From: Oscillospiraceae bacterium | GTDB lineage: Bacteria > Bacillota > Clostridia > Oscillospirales > SIG627 | Assembly: GCA_015065325.1 (NCBI GenBank) | Contig: SVQO01000002.1 | Span: forward strand, 93,005-157,004 | Reading direction: 5' to 3' | Length of the DNA: 64,000 nucleotides | Shown: piece after piece, positions 24,973 to 34,211 of the stretch | How positions within the stretch are numbered: position 1 is the stretch's first letter | Layout of the letters: each line of letters starts with the position of its first letter | Translations under genes and position numbers: made by a program | The notes under the pieces: generated by a model | The model's input: the letters and a program-made list of their open reading frames with translations, nothing else | The model's database searches: none | What the model was told of the DNA's origin: nothing

Positions 24973-26778
24973 ATGGCAAAAATTAATTTGATTATCGAAG
25001 GTATCCCCTACGAAGTTGAAGCAGGGCTTACCGTTCTTGAAGCCGCTCGCCTTTGCGGCTATGAAATCCCCACCCTCTGCGCTTTCAACCACGGCGAGTG
25101 CAACAGAGGCTCCTGCCGTGTATGTCTGGTAGAGGTTCAGGAAGGCAGAAAGAACGACGCCGGCGAGGTTATGTACGGTCCTCAGCGTCTGGTTGCTTCC
25201 TGCGTTTACCCCATCACCCCCGACATGAAGGTCATCATCTCCTCCCCCAAGGCTACCGCTGCCCGCCGCGCTTCCGTAGAGCTGCTTCTCTCCAACCACT
25301 CTATGAAGTGCCAGCAGTGCGATAAGAACGAGAAGTGCGAGCTTCTCCACGTTGCAAAGATCACCGGTGCCAGAGAGGATATGTTCCTTGGTACTCAAAC
25401 CGAGACCACCTACGACGACGTTACCCCCTCCATCGTTCGCGACACCTCTAAGTGCGTGCTCTGCGGCAGATGCGTTGCCCGCTGTGCAAACGCTCACGGC
25501 GACGGCGTTTTGACCTTCCAGAACAGAGGCTTTAAGACTATCATCGGACCTGCGCAGAACAGAACCTTCGACAAGGCTCCCTGTATCATGTGCGGTCAGT
25601 GTATCAACGTATGTCCCACCGGTGCTCTGATGGAGAAGAACGACATTGCAAAGGTTGACGCTGCAATGGCTTCCGGCAAGTACGTAGTGGTTCAGACCGC
25701 TCCCGCAGTTCGTGCCGCTCTCGGTGAAGAGTTCGGTATGAAGATCGGTACTCCCGTTACCGGTAAGATGGTTGCGGCTCTCAGAAGACTGGGCTTCAAG
25801 AAGGTATTCGATACCAACTTTGCCGCAGACCTTACCATTATGGAAGAAGCTACCGAGCTGCTCGGCAGAATCAAGAACGGCGGCAAGCTTCCTATGATCA
25901 CCTCCTGCTCTCCCGGATGGGTCAATTACGCCGAGATCCGTTACAACGATCTTCTCGGTCACCTGTCCTCCTGCAAGTCTCCTCACGAAATGATGGGCTC
26001 CGTTCTGAAGCACTTCTGGGCTGAGAAGGCAGGCATCAAGGCAGAGGATCTGTTCGTTGTTTCCGTAATGCCCTGTTCCTCCAAGAAGTACGAGGCAGAT
26101 CGTGAACAGCTCAAGACCCGCGGTCTCAAGGACGTTGACGCAGTTCTCACCACCAGAGAGCTGGGCAGACTCATCAAGAGAAGCGGTATCAACTTTGTAA
26201 AGCTCCCCGATGAAGAATTTGATATGGACCTGATCGGTGAATACACCGGTGCAGGCGTTATCTTCGGTGTTACCGGCGGCGTTATGGAGGCTGCAGTTCG
26301 TACTGCTCACTTCGTTCTCACCGGCAAGGAGATCGAAGGCGTGAAGTTCGAAGCTGCCCGCGGCTTTGACGGCATCAAGGAAGCAAGCCTTGACCTCAAC
26401 GGTCAGACCATTAACATCGCAGTTGCTCACGGCATGAAGAATGCAAAGGTTCTGCTGGACCAGATCCGCGCAGGCGAGAGCAAGTATCACTTCATCGAGA
26501 TCATGGGATGCCCCGGCGGTTGTATCAACGGCGGCGGTCAGCCCTACGTGAGAGAGTGCTTCCTCCCCAACGAGGACGCTGACATTCTGGACACCTACAA
26601 GGCTAAGCGTGCCGCAGCCCTCTACTCCGAGGACGAGAGACAGACCGTTCGTCAGTCTCACAACAATCCTCAGATCAAGGCTCTGTACGAGCAGTTCCTT
26701 GGCGAGCCCAACTCTCACCTGGCGCACGAGCTTTTGCACACCGAATACGTTGCAAGAGTTCCCTTCCCCGAAAACTAA
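24973..26778 (+). CDS. hydA: [FeFe]-hydrogenase catalytic subunit
   Basis: N-terminal 2Fe-2S and 4Fe-4S Cys motifs (CVLCGRCVARC, CIMCGQCINVCP). H-cluster motifs MPCSSKKYE and EIMGCPGGCINGGGQP. The L1 motif reads TSCSPGW rather than TSCCPxW. Confidence 0.9.
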   Translation: MAKINLIIEGIPYEVEAGLTVLEAARLCGYEIPTLCAFNHGECNRGSCRVCLVEVQEGRKNDAGEVMYGPQRLVASCVYPITPDMKVIISSPKATAARRASVELLLSNHSMKCQQCDKNEKCELLHVAKITGAREDMFLGTQTETTYDDVTPSIVRDTSKCVLCGRCVARCANAHGDGVLTFQNRGFKTIIGPAQNRTFDKAPCIMCGQCINVCPTGALMEKNDIAKVDAAMASGKYVVVQTAPAVRAALGEEFGMKIGTPVTGKMVAALRRLGFKKVFDTNFAADLTIMEEATELLGRIKNGGKLPMITSCSPGWVNYAEIRYNDLLGHLSSCKSPHEMMGSVLKHFWAEKAGIKAEDLFVVSVMPCSSKKYEADREQLKTRGLKDVDAVLTTRELGRLIKRSGINFVKLPDEEFDMDLIGEYTGAGVIFGVTGGVMEAAVRTAHFVLTGKEIEGVKFEAARGFDGIKEASLDLNGQTINIAVAHGMKNAKVLLDQIRAGESKYHFIEIMGCPGGCINGGGQPYVRECFLPNEDADILDTYKAKRAAALYSEDERQTVRQSHNNPQIKALYEQFLGEPNSHLAHELLHTEYVARVPFPEN

Positions 26779-26790
26779 GCAAAGCCAAAA

Positions 26791-26821
26791 AGGACTCCGA
26801 ACAATCGGAGTCCTTTTTTTG
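26791..26821 (+). terminator. Terminator of the hydrogenase operon
   Basis: Stem AGGACTCCGA / TCGGAGTCCT with loop ACAA, followed by T7. Confidence 0.85.
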
Positions 26822-26849
26822 TTGAAAAATCCACCTTTTCTGTTATAAT
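26822..26849 (+). promoter_or_regulatory. Promoter of the GH89-like gene
   Basis: TTGAAA (26822..26827), a 16-nt spacer, then TATAAT (26844..26849). Confidence 0.6.
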
Positions 26850-26912
26850 TTGAGTTGCAAAAGAAAATTAAAAAAGGTATTCTATAGATATTACAGAAAG
26901 GAGCGAAACGTT

Positions 26913-29141
26913 ATGAAAATTTTTGCCGCTATCAAAGTTTTTTCTCTTGCCGCAGAAGAACTGGGAAGATTTTGTAAAAAGATCACCGACAAAGAAGCCG
27001 AAATTACCCGCGCCCTCCCTCATTCGGATGATACCGTCTTCCTTTGCCCTACAAACCACCCCCTTGCCGATCCTCGCGTCCGAGAAAACAGCGACGAATT
27101 TGCCATCGTTTCTCACAAGGAAAACGGAAGAACCCTGCTTGTCATCACGGCAGGCAGACCGCGCGCCGCCTTTTACGGAGTTTACGCCTTTCTGGAAGAA
27201 GCGGCAGGCTGTCACTATTTTTGGGACGGCGACGTGATCCCCAAAGCGCCCTCCATTCCTTTAGAAAACTTTGATCTGTACGAAAAGCCTCGCTTCGAAT
27301 ACCGCGCCATTCGTTATTTTGCCCACCGTAGTTTGCACCGTTTTCAGGCGGAGCATTGGAGCTTTGAGGATTGGAAACGGGAAATAGACTGGATGCTCAA
27401 GCGCCGTCTGAATCTCTTTATGCTACGCATCGGCACCGACGACCTGTTTCAGCGCGCTTTTCCCGATATCGTCCCCTATCCCTCCAACGAAGAACCGCTC
27501 CCCGAGCAAATGAAAGGGTATGATGATCGAACCACCTTTTGGTCTCTGCAATTCCGCGGACAATTGAGAAAACAGATTCTGGACTATGCCTTCCGGCACG
27601 ATCTTTTACACCCGGAGGATTGCGGAACAATGACCCATTGGTATTCCAGAACCCCTCTTGCATTTTTGGAAAAGGTTAAGCCTGCCTTGATGCAACAAAA
27701 AAGCGCAGGCTATTCCGAGCAAACAGGGCTGGCATGGGATATTACCGACGAAAAAAATCTGAAAAATTATCAGCACCTGACCCAAACCCACATCAAAGAA
27801 TTCGGAAAGCCTGAAATTTTTCACACCATCGGTCTGGCAGAACGCTCTATGAACGGAGACCGCGAAGAAGGCTTTTTCATTAAAAAACACGCCTACGATA
27901 CCGTTACCGATTTTGTCCGCAAAAATTATCCCAAAGCGCCCATCCTCGTTGCCGCCTGGGATTTCTACTTCACGTATTATGCGGAGGAAGTGCGGAAAAT
28001 GATTCACACCTTCGACCCGCAAACCCACATTATTCTGGACTACACCGTAGATCTGAAGAAAACCCAAAACGATTTTGAACAGTGGGACGTGGTGGGAAAA
28101 TTCCCCTATATCTTCGGTATTTTCCACGGCTATCAGCCCCAAAGCCATATCCACGGCGACTATGCCTATCTGGATCAAAAACTAAAGGTAGCGGACGAAG
28201 ATTCCTTCTGCAAGGGAATGGCATACTGGCCCGAGCTGTCTCATAGCGACACCTTGATGCTGGAATATTTTACCGACAATGCTTGGCGCCCCGACTATCT
28301 CTCCTTGGAAGAAAAGGTAGCGCGCTTCTGCAAAAAGCGTTACGGCATCCATGCCAAGGCAATGCAGGAGGTTTGGACAGCCTTTATCCCCTTGTACGAG
28401 CTTACCAAGGATCAGCGCTATGACATGAGTAGTTTCTTCCACCTGTTTGAAAACAACAGAATTGCAAAGCGTCTCTGGAAGCGAGATGACCCCAAGCACA
28501 CGGATGCGGTTGTCAAAGCTCGGAACAAGGTAGCCGAAGGAAAAGCCGCTTTCTCCGATATGGAAAAAGCACTGTCCAAACTTGCTTCCCTCCCCAAAGA
28601 GCTTTTGGAAAATGAATTCATCGCAAGAGATTCCCTTGATCTTTTAAGAACCATTGCGGAGCGCAAACTCGACGTGGAAGTTCTATCAGCCCTTTTAGCT
28701 TGGGTAGACGGAAATCCCGCGGAATTCTGCCAGAAGGAAAAGCCTTGCCTTTGCGGGATGGAATTGTTTGCGCGAATCCTTGCCGTCTCGGAAGAATTTT
28801 CCATTTATCATACCCACGAAAATCTAAAAACAGTCACAAACGTCAACCCCTGCTTTGAAGAGACATTGAAAAACAATCTGATCAACAATTACTGCAGAAG
28901 CTCCGCTTGCGAAGCGGCACGCTTCGTATATCTGCCTGAAATGAAATTGCTGTTTGAAAAGCTTTCCAAAGCAATGCCCGATACCATTCCGGATTTCACC
29001 GAAGAAAAAAAGCAGGTCTTTTCTGAATTTTTATCCACTCCTTTGAGCGAGATGAAACCAAAAAAAGAAGACTTTTCCGAGGTTTGTAAAGATGCTTTAT
29101 CACAGTTTTTTTGCAACGAAGGGAACGGTCAAATTAAATAA
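26913..29141 (+). CDS. GH89-like (alpha-N-acetylglucosaminidase-like) glycoside hydrolase, no signal peptide
   Basis: ATG at 26913 lies 9 nt after AAAGGAG. HWSFEDWKREIDWMLKRRLNLFML parallels the NAGLU block W.W.RWEREIDWMALNGINL. Candidate catalytic Glu residues sit in GLAERS and YWPELS, and a ...RFCKKRYG block is present. Motif-level call only. Confidence 0.55.
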   Translation: MKIFAAIKVFSLAAEELGRFCKKITDKEAEITRALPHSDDTVFLCPTNHPLADPRVRENSDEFAIVSHKENGRTLLVITAGRPRAAFYGVYAFLEEAAGCHYFWDGDVIPKAPSIPLENFDLYEKPRFEYRAIRYFAHRSLHRFQAEHWSFEDWKREIDWMLKRRLNLFMLRIGTDDLFQRAFPDIVPYPSNEEPLPEQMKGYDDRTTFWSLQFRGQLRKQILDYAFRHDLLHPEDCGTMTHWYSRTPLAFLEKVKPALMQQKSAGYSEQTGLAWDITDEKNLKNYQHLTQTHIKEFGKPEIFHTIGLAERSMNGDREEGFFIKKHAYDTVTDFVRKNYPKAPILVAAWDFYFTYYAEEVRKMIHTFDPQTHIILDYTVDLKKTQNDFEQWDVVGKFPYIFGIFHGYQPQSHIHGDYAYLDQKLKVADEDSFCKGMAYWPELSHSDTLMLEYFTDNAWRPDYLSLEEKVARFCKKRYGIHAKAMQEVWTAFIPLYELTKDQRYDMSSFFHLFENNRIAKRLWKRDDPKHTDAVVKARNKVAEGKAAFSDMEKALSKLASLPKELLENEFIARDSLDLLRTIAERKLDVEVLSALLAWVDGNPAEFCQKEKPCLCGMELFARILAVSEEFSIYHTHENLKTVTNVNPCFEETLKNNLINNYCRSSACEAARFVYLPEMKLLFEKLSKAMPDTIPDFTEEKKQVFSEFLSTPLSEMKPKKEDFSEVCKDALSQFFCNEGNGQIK

Positions 29142-29201
29142 TTCTTGCGCGGAAAGCAGTTTTATGCTATAATTTTCTCAGTAAATTCAGGAGGATCCAA
29201 A

Positions 29202-30218
29202 ATGTCAAATTATATCCGCGTCAACGACTTTGCACCAAAAAACGGAGAATTGACCCTGTTCTGTAAAAAGGTCGGCACCAAAAAGTCCGACGGCTTTGCC
29301 ATTGTGGAAAACGACAAGGTTTACGTGATTGACGCAGGCAGAGGGGATGACAGAGAGCTGCACCTGTTTTTGAGGGAGCTCCGTGAAAAATGGTTATCCA
29401 ATCAAGACGACGCAAGCCTTTTGGAGGATGAAAACGCCAGGCTTGAGATCCATATTATCGTATCCCATCCCCATCCCGACCACATTGCGGCGTTTAAATA
29501 CCTTCTTCCCGATTTTAAGCTTTGCATTATGAGCATCATTGCACCTATGCGCGCCTACCTTAGTCTGGACGTCCCCGGTGCTTTGGAAAAGCTGACGGCT
29601 TTTGAGGACAGACTGGAACTGTATGAGAAAATGCTCCCCGTATACCTCCATCCCTGCCGCGAGATCACACGGGTGCCTTACGGTGAAAAGCAAACGATCC
29701 GCCTTCCCGACAGCAATACGGTGCTGGATCTGTACCCCTCCCAATTCGATTGGTCCGAGGACCGTCCCAGTGAGTCCGAGGGCATTCGCTTTCTGAAAAA
29801 ATACCTATCTCCCACCTATGCGGACGATCCCGAGCACGGCTACTCCAACGGTGCCGCCAACGGAAATTCCCTCTGGGTCAAGATCACCAAGGGAAGCTCC
29901 GTTGCCCTCATTACCGGCGATCAGCGCGCCTCTGACGAAATGCTGGGCTCTATGATCCGCTACTACGGCGAGGAGGAATTCCGCTGCGATATTCTCAAGC
30001 TCCCCCACCACGGAGAAAAGAATTACCCGCCCTATCTGCTTTCCGTCGCTCAGCCCACCGTTACCATTTTCACCTGCGCAGAAGGATATGACACCCCCGA
30101 AACTCAGGATATTTGCGAACGCATCAGCGATGTTTATTACCTCCGTGACGGAAACCTGTTCTTCCGCATTACGGAAAACTCCATCACTCCCTACGGTATC
30201 TCCCCACGCAAACGCTGA
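29202..30218 (+). CDS. MBL-fold metallo-hydrolase (ComEC-type beta-lactamase domain)
   Basis: ATG at 29202 follows AGGAGGA. HxHxDH motif VSHPHPDHIAAF and a LKLPHHGEKN block. Confidence 0.75.
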   Translation: MSNYIRVNDFAPKNGELTLFCKKVGTKKSDGFAIVENDKVYVIDAGRGDDRELHLFLRELREKWLSNQDDASLLEDENARLEIHIIVSHPHPDHIAAFKYLLPDFKLCIMSIIAPMRAYLSLDVPGALEKLTAFEDRLELYEKMLPVYLHPCREITRVPYGEKQTIRLPDSNTVLDLYPSQFDWSEDRPSESEGIRFLKKYLSPTYADDPEHGYSNGAANGNSLWVKITKGSSVALITGDQRASDEMLGSMIRYYGEEEFRCDILKLPHHGEKNYPPYLLSVAQPTVTIFTCAEGYDTPETQDICERISDVYYLRDGNLFFRITENSITPYGISPRKR

Positions 30219-30225
30219 ATTAAAA

Positions 30226-30255
30226 AACCTCGATGAAATTCATCGAGGTTTTTTT
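30226..30255 (+). terminator. Terminator after the MBL gene
   Basis: Long stem AACCTCGATGAA / TTCATCGAGGTT followed by T7. Confidence 0.8.
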
Positions 30256-30281
30256 GACTTGTTCATTTTTATAAAACGAGC

Positions 30282-30391
30282 CTTCTTTCTTTGAAAAGAA
30301 AGAAGCAAAGAAACTTTCCACCAAACAGAATTCCTGTTTGTGATACGTTTTTAGAGGTTTGGAACCTTTTTACAAAAAGGTTCCAAGAAAA
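30282..30391 (+). repeat. Bipartite hairpin element, copy 2
   Basis: Hairpin A' is CTTCTTTCTT-TGAA-AAGAAAGAAG (30282..30305). After a 48-nt spacer comes GAGGTTTGGAACC..GGTTCCAAGAAAA (30354..30391), containing the 13-bp palindrome TTGGAACCTTTTT/AAAAAGGTTCCAA. Confidence 0.6.
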
Positions 30392-30419
30392 CAAAATACC
30401 GACAAAATTTACAAAGCAG

Positions 30420-31367
30420 TTATCTTTCTTCGCGGAAATAAGGCACACCCAATCCCGCAGGCGGCTGATTTTCCTTCTTGTTGCGAATGCTGATAATGAC
30501 CAGAACCAGAATGGTAAACACGTAGGGAAGCATTTTCAAAAGGTAGGTCATTTCCAAACCAAGGTGCCAACCGAACAGGGTAGGAAGGTAGGAGTTCGCT
30601 ACGAAGAAAATCCCGAAAAGGAGACCGCCGACCAGAGCAAGAACGGGGCGCCAAAGAGCAAAGATCACCAGAGCCACGGCAAGCCAGCCCATAGGCTCGA
30701 TGGACTTGTAGGCTTCCTGAGAACCTACGTAAACCATAATGTAGTAGAGTCCGCCCAGAGCGGAAATTCCGCATCCGATACAGGTAGCAAGGTATTTATA
30801 TAAAGTCACCTTAATACCGACGGCATCTGCCGCACCGGGGTTTTCACCGACTGCACGGAGATGGAGTCCGACACGGGTCTTTTTCAGCACGAAGGAAACC
30901 AAAAGGGTCAGCAGAATGGCAAAAGCCACCATCCAACCGCAATACTGCCAAATACTGCCACCAAAGGGGTAGCGGAAATAAGGCAGAGCGTACTGGCACT
31001 TTTCCCAAGAAACGTAGGTCACCACATAGTTGGTCATAGAGACACCGAAGGTGGTCATAACAAGACCGGTCACGTTCTGATTGGCACGGAGAGAAACGGT
31101 GAGGAAGCTGTAAAGCAAGCCCATCAGCGTTCCTACAAGGAAGCAGACTATGGTAGCAATCAGGACGATGAGAACGGGATGAAGTTTTGATCCCGCCATC
31201 ATCTGCAAGGCTACGCAGGAGCCTGCCCCGCCCATACACATAATACCGGGAATACCGAGGTTCAGATGGCCGGCTTTTTCTACAATGATCTCACCCAGCG
31301 CGCCAAGCAGCAAGGTGATCCCGACGGGAATGGCGTTTAAAATAAAATTCAAAAGCGCTTCGCTCAT
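30420..31367 (-). CDS. ABC transporter permease (BMP/nucleoside-type, YufQ/NupQ-like)
   Basis: 315-aa polytopic hydrophobic protein. ATGA overlap with the upstream permease gene. Last gene of the binding protein-ATPase-permease-permease string. Confidence 0.85.
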   Translation of the reverse strand: MSEALLNFILNAIPVGITLLLGALGEIIVEKAGHLNLGIPGIMCMGGAGSCVALQMMAGSKLHPVLIVLIATIVCFLVGTLMGLLYSFLTVSLRANQNVTGLVMTTFGVSMTNYVVTYVSWEKCQYALPYFRYPFGGSIWQYCGWMVAFAILLTLLVSFVLKKTRVGLHLRAVGENPGAADAVGIKVTLYKYLATCIGCGISALGGLYYIMVYVGSQEAYKSIEPMGWLAVALVIFALWRPVLALVGGLLFGIFFVANSYLPTLFGWHLGLEMTYLLKMLPYVFTILVLVIISIRNKKENQPPAGLGVPYFREER

Positions 31368-32584
31368 TTTGCCTCCTCCTTTCTCTCGGTCTTTTTGGAT
31401 CCGAACTCAAATTTGCGGAACTTTAATTGATAATTGATGAAGAATTCACATCCTACGATAAAGAACAGGATAATGGCAACGAGAATATTGGGAAGGTCCG
31501 TGGGAATACCGGTGGGAGCGTTTTCTCCCATACTGCGGGTCAGGAAGTTGTCGATCTGAACACTGCCCAGATTGGTATTCAGACACGCGGCACCTTTGTC
31601 CAAGAAGGCAACGATGCCTGCCGTACCGATCATGACCAGAGGATTAAATTTTGCCATCCAAGAAACCATAATGGCGGTAAAGCCGAGGCCGCCGGCAGTT
31701 TCGGTGGAAACAGAGTTATCGAAGACCGCAACGATCAAAAAGCCAACCAAGCCGCACAAAAGACCGGAAAGAGCCATGGTACGCATGGTAACCTTCTTTA
31801 CGCTGATTCCCACGTAGCGGGCGGTATTTTCCGACTCACCCACGACGCTGATCTCGTAGCCGTGCTTGCTGTACCGCAGATAAATAAACATCAGCAGTGC
31901 GACGGCAAAAATGATAACGATCATCGTTAACTCGTCGCCGTAGTGCTCCACAGAAGGAAACAAATTTAAATGCCCGTGAGGAAGCGGATCCATATTGGGA
32001 TGCTTAGGATTCCAAAAGACGAGCATAAACTCAATCAATTGAATAGCAACATAGTTCATCATCAGGGTAAACAGCGTCTCGTTGGAATTCCAGAGCGCTT
32101 TGAAGAAGGAGGGGATAAAGCCCCACAGTGCGCCGGCCAGAAGTGCCGCTGCCAGCATCATCAAAAGAAGCACGGGCTCGGAAACCTTTCCTCCGAAGTA
32201 GATGACGCAGGTGACGGATGCCAGCGCTCCCATCAGTACCTGTCCTTCGCCGCCGATATTCCAAAATCGCATTACGAAGGCGGGAGTCAAAGCAAGGGCA
32301 ATACCCAAAAGTCGGGCAAGCGCCTCGGCAGTCAGCCACTGACGGCGCTCCGTTCCAAAGGTACCGTCCACCATACTTTTGATCAGCATATCGGGACTTA
32401 CGTCCGCGAAGATCAGGGCAAACAGGATACAGACGGCAATCGCCAGCAAAACGGCACCGAAGCGGATCAGTATGCTTTTCCAGAAGGGAATACGGTCTCT
32501 TTTCGCAACGTGGAAAAGAGGCTCGTGAGCACTTTTTTTCTTTTCACGTGCTTCACTCTTTACTTTGCTTTTCACCTTGCTCAT
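31364..32584 (-). CDS. ABC transporter permease (YufP/NupP-like)
   Basis: 406 aa with a basic N-terminus followed by multiple TM helices. Overlaps the 3' end of the ATPase gene. Confidence 0.85.
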   Translation of the reverse strand: MSKVKSKVKSEAREKKKSAHEPLFHVAKRDRIPFWKSILIRFGAVLLAIAVCILFALIFADVSPDMLIKSMVDGTFGTERRQWLTAEALARLLGIALALTPAFVMRFWNIGGEGQVLMGALASVTCVIYFGGKVSEPVLLLMMLAAALLAGALWGFIPSFFKALWNSNETLFTLMMNYVAIQLIEFMLVFWNPKHPNMDPLPHGHLNLFPSVEHYGDELTMIVIIFAVALLMFIYLRYSKHGYEISVVGESENTARYVGISVKKVTMRTMALSGLLCGLVGFLIVAVFDNSVSTETAGGLGFTAIMVSWMAKFNPLVMIGTAGIVAFLDKGAACLNTNLGSVQIDNFLTRSMGENAPTGIPTDLPNILVAIILFFIVGCEFFINYQLKFRKFEFGSKKTERKEEAK

Positions 32585-34136
32585 CGCTTTCTCCCCCTTC
32601 CTTGGCTTTCTTCTTGCGGTCGTCCTTGGTCATCAAAAGACCGACCTCCTCTTTGGTGATGCTTCTGCCGTCACAAATTCCCGTGACCTTACCGCCGCAA
32701 ATGACCATAATGCGGTCGCAAAGCTCCAGAAGCACGTCCAGATCCTCACCTACGAAGATCACCGCAACGCCCTTTTGCTTTTGCTTGGTAAGCAGATTGT
32801 AAATGGTATAGGAGGAGTTGATATCCAGTCCTCTTACCGGATACGCCGCCATCAGCACCGTAGGCGCAGAGGAGATCTCTCTGCCTACCAGCACCTTCTG
32901 CACGTTACCGCCGGAAAGACGGCGAACGGGAGTGGATACGCCGGGAGTGGATACCTCCAGGCTTTCAATGATCTCCTCAGCCAGCTTTTTCGGCTTTTTT
33001 CGATCCAGGAACATAAAATGTCCCTTCTTATAGCTGCGGAGCATCATATTATCTACGATATCCATATTGCCCACCAGACCCATACCCAGTCTGTCCTCGG
33101 GCACGAAGGAAAGACGAACGCCCAGATCACGGATCTGCACGGGAGACTTCCCTTTCAGATTTTCGGGAACGCCGCTTTCGGGATGGAGGTAGAAGACCTC
33201 GCCCGCATTCAGCTTTTGCAGACCGGCGATGGATTCCAGAAGCTCCTTCTGTCCGCTGCCCGCAATGCCCGCAATACCCAGGATCTCTCCTGCGTTTGCG
33301 GTAAAGGTGATATCATCCAGGATCTTTCTTCCGTCCTCGTCGGAAAGGGTCAGTCCCTTTACCTCCAGACGGGGGGTGGGATTTTCGGGCTCGGGTCGGT
33401 CAATGTTCAAGCTGACCTTTTTGCCCACCATCATTTCCGTCAAAGCCGCTTCGTTGGTGTCGGCAGTTTCCACCGTAGCGATATGCTCGCCCTTGCGCAG
33501 AACTGCAACGCGGTCGGAAATGCTCATCACCTCGTGAAGCTTATGGGTAATGATCAGAATGGACTTGCCGTCTTCACGCATTTTCCGAAGCACCTGGAAC
33601 AGTTTATCCGTTTCCTGAGGAGTAAGGACCGCCGTAGGCTCATCCAAAATCAAAATGTCCGCACCGCGGTACAACACCTTGAGGATCTCTACGGTCTGCT
33701 TCTCGGAAACGCTCATTTCGTGGATCTTTTTGCGTGGGTCAATATGGAAGCCGTAACGCTTACACAGGTCGAATACCTTGTCGTTTACCGCCTTCAGGCT
33801 GTATTTCTTTCCGTCCTTTACGCCCATGGTAATATTTTCGGCGGCGGTAAATACGTCCACCAGCTTAAAGTGCTGATGGATCATTCCGATCTTGTAGCGG
33901 AAGGCATCCTGCGGAGAGCGGATCACCGCTTCGTCTCCTCCCACGAAGATCTGTCCCTCGTCGGGATAGTAAATGCCGGAGATCATATTCATCAGAGTGG
34001 TTTTTCCGCAGCCGTTCTCACCCAGAATAGCAAGGATCTCCCCTTTGTAAACGGTCAGATCCACCTTGTTGTTGGCAATGACGGGGCCGAAAAACTTCGA
34101 TACTCCGCGAAGCTCCAGGCTTATGTTCTGATTCAC
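32553..34136 (-). CDS. ABC transporter ATP-binding protein (duplicated ATPase)
   Basis: Walker A GENGCGKTT and Walker B ILILDEPT. The second half has GIAGSGQKE and the LSGGNVQKV signature. Confidence 0.9.
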   Translation of the reverse strand: MNQNISLELRGVSKFFGPVIANNKVDLTVYKGEILAILGENGCGKTTLMNMISGIYYPDEGQIFVGGDEAVIRSPQDAFRYKIGMIHQHFKLVDVFTAAENITMGVKDGKKYSLKAVNDKVFDLCKRYGFHIDPRKKIHEMSVSEKQTVEILKVLYRGADILILDEPTAVLTPQETDKLFQVLRKMREDGKSILIITHKLHEVMSISDRVAVLRKGEHIATVETADTNEAALTEMMVGKKVSLNIDRPEPENPTPRLEVKGLTLSDEDGRKILDDITFTANAGEILGIAGIAGSGQKELLESIAGLQKLNAGEVFYLHPESGVPENLKGKSPVQIRDLGVRLSFVPEDRLGMGLVGNMDIVDNMMLRSYKKGHFMFLDRKKPKKLAEEIIESLEVSTPGVSTPVRRLSGGNVQKVLVGREISSAPTVLMAAYPVRGLDINSSYTIYNLLTKQKQKGVAVIFVGEDLDVLLELCDRIMVICGGKVTGICDGRSITKEEVGLLMTKDDRKKKAKEGGESDEQGEKQSKE

Positions 34137-34170
34137 TTTCTTTCCTCCGAATCGGTCTTGTTATGGAAGA

Positions 34171-34198
34171 AAGGCGGAGCCTCGGCTCCGCCTTTTTT
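34171..34198 (-). terminator. Intercistronic hairpin / partial terminator between the binding-protein and ATPase genes
   Basis: Stem GGCGGAGCC / GGCTCCGCC. On the minus-strand transcript it is followed by TTTCTTCC. Position is typical for uncoupling binding-protein from transporter expression. Confidence 0.45.
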
Positions 34199-34211
34199 GC
34201 TTGTCTTTTTC

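Noticed and set aside
23002-26739. 1245-aa ORF antisense to hydB and hydA
   Set aside because: It lies opposite three strongly supported genes with diagnostic Fe-S and H-cluster motifs. The translation is low-complexity (G/A/V/L/T-rich) with no RBS. This is a typical shadow ORF of a GC3-biased coding region.
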